Positions 27,792 through 37,393 of a stretch of 64,000 bases of DNA are shown piece by piece. Both the position numbers and the translations under genes were made by a program. The DNA lies in NCBI GenBank assembly GCA_049322215.1, contig JBMORU010000001.1:969759-1033758 (forward strand). The letters run 5' to 3'. This DNA comes from Patescibacteria group bacterium. GTDB taxonomy: Bacteria; Patescibacteriota; WWE3; UBA101185; UBA10185. Under the pieces are notes generated by a model, which searched no databases, was not told the origin of the DNA, and saw only the letters and a list, made by a program, of their open reading frames with translations. The stretch's first letter is position 1; each line of letters begins with the position of its first letter.

Positions 27792-28667
27792 TCAAGAATT
27801 AAACAAGCCGAAATACCAGTATATAAGGTAATTACCAAAAAAATTACCAAGTAAACTACCAAGTATTAAAAAGGGGCCAAAGGGTATAGTGTCTTTTATG
27901 GTTTTAACCCTAACTAAAATTAAAAACACGCTAAAAACGGCCCCAGTTAAGAAACCCAAAAATATTGAAAGAATGTTTATTGGAAATACGTTAAACAAAC
28001 CAATTAGTAGGCTGAGTTTTAAATCACCGCCACCCATACCACGGCCTTTTGTAAGCACAATTAATAACCAAAAAAAAGCAAATATACCTAAAGCGCTCAA
28101 AAACTGAAAGCCAAGCTGCTGCAAAGTAAGATAAAGCCGATCGTTCCATAAACCAACGTCTAGCAAGTATTTTCCAAACTCATCATTTTTCAGATAAATA
28201 TAAGAAGTAGCTAAGTCATAAGTTTTTATTCCAATGGTATATAACAAAACAATTGCAATGGTGGGAAAAATAACTTTATTCGGTAGCAGTCTAAACTTAA
28301 TGTCAGTAAGAAATAATATTACGTAAGCTGAAAAAACAAATAAAAAGTAAAAAAACACTAGTAGCGAACTATCTGTAAAGATATTTGCAGAGTAAGCTGC
28401 TAAAACAAACATAGCACCTGTAAGAAGTTCAGATAGGGGATAGAGCTTTGATAAAGTTTTTTTGCAATTTAAACATTTACCACGCTGATACAAAAAAGAA
28501 AAGACAGGAACAAGTTCTTTTGGTGTAAGGTTTTTACCACAAAACGAGCACTTGGATCTTCCTATAAAAATGGATTCTTCCGTATCTAGTCTGTCAGAAA
28601 TTAGATTTAAAAAAGAACCAACAAATAAACCTGAAAAAAATATTACTAAATAACCCAATAAGTACAT
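27792..28667 (-). CDS. pilD: prepilin peptidase (A24 family) with an N-terminal CxxC...CxxC Zn-finger
   Basis: CSFCGKNL...CLNCKK plus a polytopic membrane domain. Confidence 0.8.
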   Translation of the reverse strand: MYLLGYLVIFFSGLFVGSFLNLISDRLDTEESIFIGRSKCSFCGKNLTPKELVPVFSFLYQRGKCLNCKKTLSKLYPLSELLTGAMFVLAAYSANIFTDSSLLVFFYFLFVFSAYVILFLTDIKFRLLPNKVIFPTIAIVLLYTIGIKTYDLATSYIYLKNDEFGKYLLDVGLWNDRLYLTLQQLGFQFLSALGIFAFFWLLIVLTKGRGMGGGDLKLSLLIGLFNVFPINILSIFLGFLTGAVFSVFLILVRVKTIKDTIPFGPFLILGSLLGNFFGNYLIYWYFGLFNS

Positions 28668-28668
28668 G

Positions 28669-29526
28669 TTAATTGCTTGTTAATGAACCCTCATCACTGT
28701 ACAAACTGTGATCAAACATGCTTGGTAAATGAGGTAAAAACTTAAATACTGTTGCTTCCTTAACGGCTTCGTTTTCAATAGTTGCACCTTGCAAACTAGC
28801 ACGTGCACGAATTCGATGCCCTTGATAAGGTAGCCCTGAGGAACCTCTTAAGCCAACATGCGAATCACCTGCAATAGATCTTATACGAATGCCAACAGGG
28901 TTACTTGGCAAACTAACATTTGCACAGTGATCATAGTTACTATTTGACGATGGGGAAGCGTTTATAAAGCCACTTTTATCTGATCCAAAACCCGTATCAC
29001 AAGAACCACTACAAGAAATTCCTGTTTTTGTTATTTCACCAGAATTATTGTATGCGATTACATACAGGTCTGTATCCGTACCAGAGGGTTCTCCTGCCCA
29101 GCATACCTCTACAGAAGATGAACTATATGTTGTTAAAGAAACTTCAAAAGTTTGATTTTCTTCTAGGGGAATCGGTATATCAAAAAAGTTTCCGGCAGTT
29201 GTATTACCAAATCTTTCTACCACTATGGCAGCGACGGCAGTAACTGTTTCGGTAGCTTCAGGATTAAAGGTAACAACACACGCCGTGGTATCAAAATTAG
29301 AACATGTACCTGTTAAATTATCCAATTCCACACTTGATAAACGTAAATAACGCTCTAGACCACCTTCTGCAGCAGCAATTAAGCGTGAGTAAGTATCTGT
29401 GGATGTTATTCGAGAAACTGAGGATAAAGTTCGAAGGGATACAGCAGTACCTACAGCTAAAGCTATAGCCATAGTAGCTACTACAAATAACAAAACTTGA
29501 CCTTGTTGATTAAAATGGTTCTTCAT
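28669..29526 (-). CDS. PilX-N-domain pilus assembly protein (paralog 2; start at the ATG at 29526: MKNHFNQQGQV)
   Basis: NQQGQVLLFVVATMAIALAV. The C-terminus is similar to paralog 1. The ATG overlaps the upstream stop by 1 nt. Confidence 0.5.
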   Translation of the reverse strand: MKNHFNQQGQVLLFVVATMAIALAVGTAVSLRTLSSVSRITSTDTYSRLIAAAEGGLERYLRLSSVELDNLTGTCSNFDTTACVVTFNPEATETVTAVAAIVVERFGNTTAGNFFDIPIPLEENQTFEVSLTTYSSSSVEVCWAGEPSGTDTDLYVIAYNNSGEITKTGISCSGSCDTGFGSDKSGFINASPSSNSNYDHCANVSLPSNPVGIRIRSIAGDSHVGLRGSSGLPYQGHRIRARASLQGATIENEAVKEATVFKFLPHLPSMFDHSLYSDEGSLTSN

Positions 29527-32500
29527 TATTTTTCCCAATAAACCTCACTAACAAACAAGCCTGAATAATTGGCTATGCTGCTGTTTAACTCCTGCGAGGT
29601 TAGTTTAGTTAAATACAATGGGTTGTAAACTATATACTCTGCAGGATAACTGTTCTTTAAACCTCTATCTCTTTCAAATAATACAGTACTTGCTGCATCT
29701 CCACCAACAATTAGTGGACCTTCTACAATTATAGTGCTTTCGGTTTCTATATCGCCTGTACTTTCGAATATTATACTACCATGTGTTAAAAAGGCAGCTT
29801 CAACAAAAGGACGCGTGCTTATGCTAGGCTCACCTGCAAAGCTAGCCCCTAGATCAGCACTAAAGCGAATGGGAACCTGGCTAACAAAAAATATACGATC
29901 ATTATTTATTTCGCTCGACCTAAAATATCTGGGGGTACCTATAGAATCACCATCACCAAAAACTACTTCAGTAACGCCAGTAACGTAAATTACTACTACA
30001 CCATTTTCACCGTTAGCTATGCGATAATCAGCAGCATTTAAACTATTCAAACCATTTTGCAAACAGCTTGAAGTAATTTCATACACATTTGCAGGGTCTA
30101 GTGATCTGTTAGTTAAAAACCCAGTACAATCAGTTATTTGTATAGCGTTTTCGGGTGGAATAAAAGAATATGCTGATAACCAGGTACTAGCCAATGTATT
30201 AATATTTTTAAGATATACATTTGACTGTGCATATTGGGAACTATCTTGATTAGTTGCAATGTTTTTATTAGAAAACGTAGTTGCATTACCGCTTACTAGG
30301 TGCGGGGCAAAGCCTCCCTGCACTACCGAAGCATCTGGTATAGATTCAGTAATTCCTTCTGCACAAGTTAAACACCCCGCATATATATCACCATTTAATG
30401 AGCTGAACCAACCTTTAGAATCTAAATCAAATCCCAAATGAACATCAACAGGATTTCCAGAGGCATCTAAAGGAACATCAATAAGAGCGCAAGTGGAACT
30501 TAAAGGGCCACTATTACCCGGACCATCTACACATCTCAAGGAATACGTAGCATTAGCTTGTTGAGCGTACTCAGACAAATCGGCACATAAACTTAAACCA
30601 TTTTGCTGAGGGGTATCTTGTACTACATAGCTAGGGTAATTTGAGGCACCGTCAAGTGATACACTTGAAGAGCCTGTAGGTACGGTTGTAATGTTTATGG
30701 CATCTACGGCTATGGGATCAAGTTCTTCCACACCTTTAGCGGGATATTCACAAACAAACTCTGTAGAATCCCAAAGCCAACCTTGCACATCAGACACAGG
30801 ATTAACGGTAACGCGCATAAAGTCTTCATCTCCACAATTAGACCAACCCGGCACAACATTTGTAGGATAAAGCGGAGAATTTAACGGGCCATAAAATGGA
30901 GAGTTTTCCGGGTAAGCACCAGGATTACCTGAACAACGACCGTTTTCTCCTGCACCGTCCCCAAATTCATCCCAAACATTAACAGAAACCACCCAATCTC
31001 CCACATCAGAAATTACAGGAGTCCAACTTCTCGTCATATAACAAGGTTCTACCGACGTACCACAACTATGCGTACCCGAAAACTGTGTCCAACAGTTTGG
31101 TGAACAAACACTAGTAGGAACTGACCATTGTCCTGTGCTTGCATTATATTTTCTTCTAAACAGCTTTAAGGTTTCACCAGTATTAGGATTTAAATCTTCT
31201 CCTTTTCCCTGAAAAGTTTGAGCTACACCCACACTCAAAGTTGTACTGCCACCTGAAGGATAATAGCCCTCACTGAAAAAACTTCCGTTTAGGCGTACAG
31301 CACCTGTAGGAGGATCATTGACAATTACACGAACTCTGCTTGTATCGCCACAGTTAGACCAAGCTGAGTAAGGAGACGAAGGATAAACAGGAGGGAATAG
31401 AGGATTATCTCCAGGATTACCAGTGCAAATTGAATAGGGACGCCCGGCGAATCCTTCTGTATCTTGCGCATTTACTGCAACCCACCAGTACCCAACATCA
31501 GAACTATTTATATCCCAAGAGCGGGTGATTGTACAATCCCCACCGCTACAACTTTGTGTGGAACCTATTTGAACCCAGTTTCCAATCCAGGTACCAGAAT
31601 TTGGATCATATTTACGACGCCACATTGTTGCTTCATCCAAATTATCATTTTGATCACTTACAGTGGCACTAACATTTAAAAGCCTACTTGGATAGTAAAT
31701 TGGGTCTGTTAAGTTTGTTATTTGAGCAGTAGGTGGGTCGTTTTCAGGTTTGAGTTTAAACCACAAATGATTATCCCAATCATCACCACCTAAAGGAACC
31801 GTAGCCACACATCCGTAACCAGAAGCATTTGTATAACTCCCAAATGGATAAGTAACAGACCAAGTATCACACTCCCAACCGCTAGGAGGGAATAGAGTAA
31901 AGGAGTGCGGTCCAGCACCGTCAGCTGCAGCTTCTCTTATGTAGTGAGGACCAGGATTACATGCCCAATCGGAAGCAGCCCCGTTAGAATTGGAAATTAT
32001 TAAAGTGCCATTGTGTTCACCATTAGGATCTGTTTGGTAACTACCCCCACAAGAGAAACCCGCACCATTATCGGTAGCAGGTTGCCATAAAATATTATTA
32101 CCAGAGGAATCTGTATGATATACACGACCAATTACGCGGCGTTTGTCTTCGCCACCACCTCCACCACCACCGCAAACACTTCCCCAGCAAACTTTTTTAC
32201 AGTTGCCATCGCCCCAGTCAGACCAACTAGCGCAGGATAATCCTGCGTTATCGCAAATACTGTGATCCTCCCAGGAAACATTAACATTAGAACAACCATC
32301 AGACGCACTTCCTTCACCACAAATATCGCCACAAACAGCGGGTTCTGGTGGGGGATCATCTGGGTCACCAGGATCTCCATCATCTGAAACATTTACACAA
32401 CATGTCCCAGTATAATGCCAGGAACCAGCACCTTCACTGCAGGTGTTAGGGTCACAACCTTCTGCAGGGTAATACACATCATAACCACAATCGGCTTCAC

Positions 32501-32702
32501 AGGTAAAAGTAACTCGCTGCCAACGTTGATAACATGGTGGACTACTGCCAGGGGGGTTAAAGCCACAACCACCCGGTACATCCTGAACTTTTGTACCAAT
32601 GCAATAGTCTTGCGGATTACATATGGTTTGAGCATTAGCTTGAAATGTGAAAAACAAGCCACCAATAAAAACTAAACTAACTATAAATATTCTTTTCTTC
32701 AT
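29526..32702 (-). CDS. 1058-aa secreted Cys-rich protein with internal tandem roughly 130-aa repeats; candidate pilus-associated adhesin (giant 1)
   Basis: Sec signal MKKRIFIVSLVFIGGLFFTFQANAQ. Cys-rich N-terminus and a Gly7 run. Repeats WRRKYDPNSGTW...WSNCGDTSRVRVIV and FRRKYNASTGQW...WSNCGDEDFMRVTV. Many N-x-S/T sequons. Paralog of the gene at 33419. Confidence 0.5.
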   Translation of the reverse strand: MKKRIFIVSLVFIGGLFFTFQANAQTICNPQDYCIGTKVQDVPGGCGFNPPGSSPPCYQRWQRVTFTCEADCGYDVYYPAEGCDPNTCSEGAGSWHYTGTCCVNVSDDGDPGDPDDPPPEPAVCGDICGEGSASDGCSNVNVSWEDHSICDNAGLSCASWSDWGDGNCKKVCWGSVCGGGGGGGEDKRRVIGRVYHTDSSGNNILWQPATDNGAGFSCGGSYQTDPNGEHNGTLIISNSNGAASDWACNPGPHYIREAAADGAGPHSFTLFPPSGWECDTWSVTYPFGSYTNASGYGCVATVPLGGDDWDNHLWFKLKPENDPPTAQITNLTDPIYYPSRLLNVSATVSDQNDNLDEATMWRRKYDPNSGTWIGNWVQIGSTQSCSGGDCTITRSWDINSSDVGYWWVAVNAQDTEGFAGRPYSICTGNPGDNPLFPPVYPSSPYSAWSNCGDTSRVRVIVNDPPTGAVRLNGSFFSEGYYPSGGSTTLSVGVAQTFQGKGEDLNPNTGETLKLFRRKYNASTGQWSVPTSVCSPNCWTQFSGTHSCGTSVEPCYMTRSWTPVISDVGDWVVSVNVWDEFGDGAGENGRCSGNPGAYPENSPFYGPLNSPLYPTNVVPGWSNCGDEDFMRVTVNPVSDVQGWLWDSTEFVCEYPAKGVEELDPIAVDAINITTVPTGSSSVSLDGASNYPSYVVQDTPQQNGLSLCADLSEYAQQANATYSLRCVDGPGNSGPLSSTCALIDVPLDASGNPVDVHLGFDLDSKGWFSSLNGDIYAGCLTCAEGITESIPDASVVQGGFAPHLVSGNATTFSNKNIATNQDSSQYAQSNVYLKNINTLASTWLSAYSFIPPENAIQITDCTGFLTNRSLDPANVYEITSSCLQNGLNSLNAADYRIANGENGVVVIYVTGVTEVVFGDGDSIGTPRYFRSSEINNDRIFFVSQVPIRFSADLGASFAGEPSISTRPFVEAAFLTHGSIIFESTGDIETESTIIVEGPLIVGGDAASTVLFERDRGLKNSYPAEYIVYNPLYLTKLTSQELNSSIANYSGLFVSEVYWEK

Positions 32703-33415
32703 TTCTCCAATATATCTAAGTGAATTTGGTATGCTGGCATTACTGACACTTCTTTTAACGAAAAAGGAAGTTCTCTAACATAGGCTTTAATTTCAAGTAA
32801 GTCGGTAATTTGTGCAATATTACACATATAGGCACGTCCACTACAATACTCAGAATTACGAATATCTGCAGAGGGGTACTCAGAAATGTATTCAATATTA
32901 ATTGGAGAACCTATTTTCGCTACAGACTTGAAAAACTCAAAGTTTACAAATTCAGGAGGACTATCAGATGACTTAAAAAGGGATATGTTATCAACAGTTA
33001 CATTATGTAAAGTGCCCGTTAAAAAAACTTTAAATTTAGTATCTAGCGCTTGCACTATCATATAATTTGCAGCACCGTCACTTTCAAAACCTAGTAAAGT
33101 CGGTTGAAAGTAGCGAAATACCCAACCTTCAAAGCTACCATACTCTGTAGGATGTAACGGAACATCTGAAAACACCCCATTATTAAGCATATCTTTAGGG
33201 GGCAATAGTAATGTGGCATCAATATTTGATGAATCAGAAAAACTTTTTAGTGCAGTATCTTTATAGGAGGCAAAGAAAAACCCTAAATATCCAGCTGTAA
33301 ATAATACAAACACCACTAATGTTATAAACAACAAAGGTTTTAGACTAAACTTACTGGCTGGCTTATCAGCTAAAAGCTTAAGTGGCTCGTAATTTGCTTT
33401 AGCTTTTAATCCCAT
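32699..33415 (-). CDS. single-pass membrane protein (238 aa), partner of giant 1
   Basis: TM segment LLFITLVVFVLFTAGYLGFFFA. It overlaps neighbours by 4 nt on each side. Confidence 0.4.
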   Translation of the reverse strand: MGLKAKANYEPLKLLADKPASKFSLKPLLFITLVVFVLFTAGYLGFFFASYKDTALKSFSDSSNIDATLLLPPKDMLNNGVFSDVPLHPTEYGSFEGWVFRYFQPTLLGFESDGAANYMIVQALDTKFKVFLTGTLHNVTVDNISLFKSSDSPPEFVNFEFFKSVAKIGSPINIEYISEYPSADIRNSEYCSGRAYMCNIAQITDLLEIKAYVRELPFSLKEVSVMPAYQIHLDILEK

Positions 33416-33418
33416 AAA

Positions 33419-36286
33419 TTACTCCCAAAAAACCGGTGAAACAAACAAACCGCTGTAATTTGACACAGAATTATTACCAGAGCGTTCCTGGTTTGTTAAA
33501 TCAACAAGATATGCTGGATTATATTTAACAAGCACCGAAGGTTTATCATTGTTTAAACCCCGATCTTTTGCAAAAACTATAGTGTCTGTAGACCCGCCAA
33601 CTACAATTGGGCCTTCAAGAATAACGGTTTTTTCAGTTTCTACATCATTGGTAGATTCAAATGTAATAGGTGCCTGGCTTATAAAACCTGCTTCAATAAA
33701 CGGACGCGTAGTTTCTGTAGGTTCTGCAGTACCAAAGCTTTTACCCAAATCCTGACTTATAACTATTGGAACCTGACTTATAAACATTATTCTAGTTGAA
33801 TTTACTAAGGCAGATCTAAAAAATCTATTGTTTGCTGAACCGCTTGTTTCTCCGGCACCAAAAGTTACTGTAGAACTACCTGTAATGTATATGGTAGCAA
33901 CACCACTAGCTCCATTTGTTAATCTGTAAAAACGCTGACCTTGAGGCTGGGTTCCTAATGCATCTATACCGCTCTGAACACAGGAGGAGCTGGCATAATA
34001 AACCTCATCAGGGTCTAAAATTCTAGCGGTAAACATTCCAACGCAATCACCACCAGTTAACTCAATAGCGTTTTCAGGAGGTAGAAATGTATAAGATACA
34101 GGCCATGTAGGGGAAGATGTATTTAAATTGCGTATAAACATGTCACTTTCAGCAAAAAAACTTGTTCCTGAATTTACAGAAACATCGTCATTAGAAAATA
34201 AGTTACCTAAACCAGAAACTAAATAAGGTGAAAATCCTGCAGCAGTAACTAGTGCGGGGTCGGGAATAGCCTGACTAACACTTTCGGTACAGCTGGAACA
34301 ACCCACAAATATATCGCCATCTACAGCTGTAAACCAGCCACTTGAGGCTAAATCAAAACCTAAATGAATATCTACAGGAGAGGTAGAAGGATCCAAGTTT
34401 AATAAAGCACAGTTTCCACTTAAAGGACCGCTACCATTAGGACCTTCAACACAAGTTAATGAATATGTTGCATTTGCCTGTTGTGCGTACTCAGACAAGT
34501 CTACACATACGCTAAGCCCGTTTTCTACTGGAACAAGATTTATGTTGTAGCTTGGGTAATTGCTTGAGCCATCTAACGAAAGACTTCCATTTATTGGTGG
34601 GGAAGATACTGATATGCCGTCAACAGCTATGGAATTTAGTTCTAAAGTCCCTTTGTCTGAGGTGCTACATACTTGGTCTGTGGAATCCCATAACCAACCT
34701 CTAACATCAGTCACCCCAACTACTTCTACTGCTAAATGACTATTATTTCCACAATTCGACCACCCACTACTTGCCCAAGGAGATACTGGGTAGGCAGGAG
34801 GATTTAAAAAGCTCCCCGTAGGAATTAAATGGTTATAAGGATTTCCTGTACATCTCGTATTTACACAACTTGTTCCGCTACAGGTACCTGCGCCAGAACC
34901 GCCGGGGGCATAAATGTCACGGCTATCAACTTCTAGCATCCAAAATCCAGCATCACTACCACTTGCCGCAGGCGTCCATGTTCTGCCATAAGTACAGGAA
35001 GTACCTGAGCAAGATTGTGTAGCACCTACAGCAATAGGCGCAGCTAAACGCGTGTCATTTACTTCATCAAACAAAATCCTTTGCAAAGAACTGTACTCTA
35101 AGTTTCCGCCAGCATCGTTTGCTCGTAGAGTTAAATTTATAGTTTCCCCTGAACGTACAACTAAACGATTAGTAGGGCTATCAAACGTATCTTCCACGGG
35201 AGCTAAAATTTCACTTGTAGGAGGAGAATTAACAGTAATTAAAATGCGACTATTGTCACCACAGTTTGCAAAACCAGCAACGTTTTCTGTAGGGTATGGA
35301 GCAGGATTTAATGGGTCAGTTCCAGGATTACCCGTACACCATACACTAGAAGTATCTGAAGCATTTGTTGCAATAATCCAAGATCCTTGATCTGCTAGTG
35401 GAATACTATTCCAGGTGCGCGAAAAATTACAGGTACTTCCCGAACAACTCACATTTGATTGAATTTGAATCCAACTGCCTAACCAGGTACCACTAACTGG
35501 GTCTATCTCACGGCGCCATAGTTGCCCTAAAGATAAATTTCCATCTGTATCAGATGCAGTAACATTGAAAGTAACGCTTCCGCCAGAGTTAACAAAATAG
35601 GGTGTAGCTGGAGAAGTTATTGAAGCAGTTGGTGCAACATTGGCCGGCTGCACTTTAAACCATAAATGATTATCCCAGTCATCTGCACCTAAAGACACCG
35701 TAGCTGTACAACCAGTACCAGAAGTGTTTGTGTAAGCTCCAAGAGGATAGGATATAAACCATGACACGCACGTATATCCAGGAGGAGGAGTTAAGGTAAA
35801 GCTGTGTGGCCCCGCACCGTCACTAGCTGCTGCACGTATGTAGTAGGGCTCGGGGTTGCAAGCCCAACTGGCAGTACTTCCCCCAGAATTGGATACGGTT
35901 ACTGTATTGCTTGAATCTGTTTGATAGCTACCACCACACGAAGCGCTAGCACGCTGCCAAAGTCTTGTTGACCCTGTAAAGTCATCATAAATTCTACCAA
36001 TAACGCGACGGGTGTCACTAGGAGTACCCCCGCCACCACTACAACAACTGCAAGTACCTCCCTCACTAGTTGGAATACCATCCCCGTAGTCAGGAGCACC
36101 CGGCTGACAACAACAACCATTACTGCAACCTCCAGGTAAAGGATCACCACATAAGTGCCAACATGGGGCGGGATCACCGCAACCTGCAAATGTTGTATTA
36201 GGCGTTAATAACCCAATGGCTATAAAAGAAATAGCTGTAAAGACCGTAATTAAAAATACTTTTCTATAATGGCTTAGTTTGGGCAT
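33419..36286 (-). CDS. 955-aa secreted Cys-rich protein (giant 2), paralog of the gene at 29526
   Basis: Signal peptide. Shares the core RRVIGRIYDD...WACNPEPYYIRAAASDGAGPHSFTL...DDWDNHLWFK and the C-terminal roughly 450 aa (...NYSGLFVSPVFWE) with giant 1. Confidence 0.5.
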   Translation of the reverse strand: MPKLSHYRKVFLITVFTAISFIAIGLLTPNTTFAGCGDPAPCWHLCGDPLPGGCSNGCCCQPGAPDYGDGIPTSEGGTCSCCSGGGGTPSDTRRVIGRIYDDFTGSTRLWQRASASCGGSYQTDSSNTVTVSNSGGSTASWACNPEPYYIRAAASDGAGPHSFTLTPPPGYTCVSWFISYPLGAYTNTSGTGCTATVSLGADDWDNHLWFKVQPANVAPTASITSPATPYFVNSGGSVTFNVTASDTDGNLSLGQLWRREIDPVSGTWLGSWIQIQSNVSCSGSTCNFSRTWNSIPLADQGSWIIATNASDTSSVWCTGNPGTDPLNPAPYPTENVAGFANCGDNSRILITVNSPPTSEILAPVEDTFDSPTNRLVVRSGETINLTLRANDAGGNLEYSSLQRILFDEVNDTRLAAPIAVGATQSCSGTSCTYGRTWTPAASGSDAGFWMLEVDSRDIYAPGGSGAGTCSGTSCVNTRCTGNPYNHLIPTGSFLNPPAYPVSPWASSGWSNCGNNSHLAVEVVGVTDVRGWLWDSTDQVCSTSDKGTLELNSIAVDGISVSSPPINGSLSLDGSSNYPSYNINLVPVENGLSVCVDLSEYAQQANATYSLTCVEGPNGSGPLSGNCALLNLDPSTSPVDIHLGFDLASSGWFTAVDGDIFVGCSSCTESVSQAIPDPALVTAAGFSPYLVSGLGNLFSNDDVSVNSGTSFFAESDMFIRNLNTSSPTWPVSYTFLPPENAIELTGGDCVGMFTARILDPDEVYYASSSCVQSGIDALGTQPQGQRFYRLTNGASGVATIYITGSSTVTFGAGETSGSANNRFFRSALVNSTRIMFISQVPIVISQDLGKSFGTAEPTETTRPFIEAGFISQAPITFESTNDVETEKTVILEGPIVVGGSTDTIVFAKDRGLNNDKPSVLVKYNPAYLVDLTNQERSGNNSVSNYSGLFVSPVFWE

Positions 36287-36845
36287 TCTGTATAAATAAT
36301 ATCTCAGTAGGAGTAATTTCGTAAGCTTGTAAAAACAAAGAACTTGTTACCCCGTCGATTACTCGATGAAAATATATAACTTCTGGCGTGGTTTTAACTT
36401 CTATAAACAGCTCTCCGTTAGCGTCATTTAAAAATGTAACTACGGGGGCGTCGTATAAAAATTCAGGATCGTCTTCAACATTAGCATACACCTTACCAAG
36501 AGGCTTGAATCCTATTAAAGTAACTTCTTTATTATTTTCAAGAACTACTTTGCCGTCTAAAAATAGAGTGTCTTTAGTTAGATATTGGCGGGTTAACTCA
36601 AAACTCAATACTTTACTAGTTCCATTTTCAGGCACTGGAATTAAATATTCTTCACTAACAGAAAATTGAGAAAATGGTTCTGAATTTAGTGTTTCTTCTA
36701 GTGAGGTGTCGTTTGTAGGGGGTCTTAAGTTGGCTACTATGTTCTCAAATGAACCAGTAGTATATAAGTAGTAAAGAGCTGAAAACAGAAATAATAAAAC
36801 AGTGAGTAATACACCAAGTTTTTTGTACTTTTTTAAATCCACCAT
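36264..36845 (-). CDS. single-pass membrane protein (193 aa), partner of giant 2
   Basis: TM segment LGVLLTVLLFLFSALYYLY. It overlaps the start of giant 2 by 23 nt. Confidence 0.4.
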   Translation of the reverse strand: MVDLKKYKKLGVLLTVLLFLFSALYYLYTTGSFENIVANLRPPTNDTSLEETLNSEPFSQFSVSEEYLIPVPENGTSKVLSFELTRQYLTKDTLFLDGKVVLENNKEVTLIGFKPLGKVYANVEDDPEFLYDAPVVTFLNDANGELFIEVKTTPEVIYFHRVIDGVTSSLFLQAYEITPTEILFIQNAQTKPL

Positions 36846-36867
36846 TACTAATAATAGTAACCAAAAT

Positions 36868-37383
36868 TTAGAGTATTGTTAATGATGTGCCTATTTCATA
36901 AACGCCCGATGCATTGCCACCATCAGTGCTCATTAATGCTGCGTTATCAGGATGCTCTAAAACAGCGTTCAGTTCAAAATCAGTTCCGTCAGATGCATAT
37001 GTGTAAACATTTGTACCTGTGTTTTCCGGATCTAGGGGCAGCTTGGGCAAATAGTTAGATATACCAGTCATTCCTGTGGGAATTTGATATAAAACATAAC
37101 CTGTCCCATCTAGTACTTGGGTACCTGAACCACTATCACAAGTTGTGCATGTTGTAGTAGCTACTAATGTTGCTTCGCCTTCTGCTAAGGCTAGAGAAAT
37201 TCCTTGAAATAAAGAATCTAAATCACTCAAGCGACGTGCATCTCGGCTTTTTTGTAGTAGTGAAACAGGGTTTATTGCTACAACTATTACACCTGTTAGT
37301 ATAGAAATTATTGCTATTACAACCAAAAGTTCTACTAGAGTGAATCCTGTCGAGTTTTTTCTGTTTTTCAATTTAGTTTCCAT
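36868..37383 (-). CDS. type IV pilin (start revised to the ATG at 37383: METKLKNRKNSTGFTLVELLVVIAIISIL)
   Basis: Class III signal. Shares TTCTTCDSGSGTQV...LPLDP...YTYASDGTDFELNAVLE...DGGN..VYEIG..LTIL with the pilin at 44853. Confidence 0.65.
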   Translation of the reverse strand: METKLKNRKNSTGFTLVELLVVIAIISILTGVIVVAINPVSLLQKSRDARRLSDLDSLFQGISLALAEGEATLVATTTCTTCDSGSGTQVLDGTGYVLYQIPTGMTGISNYLPKLPLDPENTGTNVYTYASDGTDFELNAVLEHPDNAALMSTDGGNASGVYEIGTSLTIL

Positions 37384-37393
37384 AATGTGTATT

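Noticed and set aside
32132-36189. Antisense ORFs of 86-112 aa inside the giant Cys-rich protein genes (for example 32393-32665, 32415-32675, 35052-35390, 35899-36189).
   Set aside because: These are shadow ORFs on the opposite strand or frame of long, clearly coding genes. They have low-complexity Val/Thr-rich translations and no RBS.
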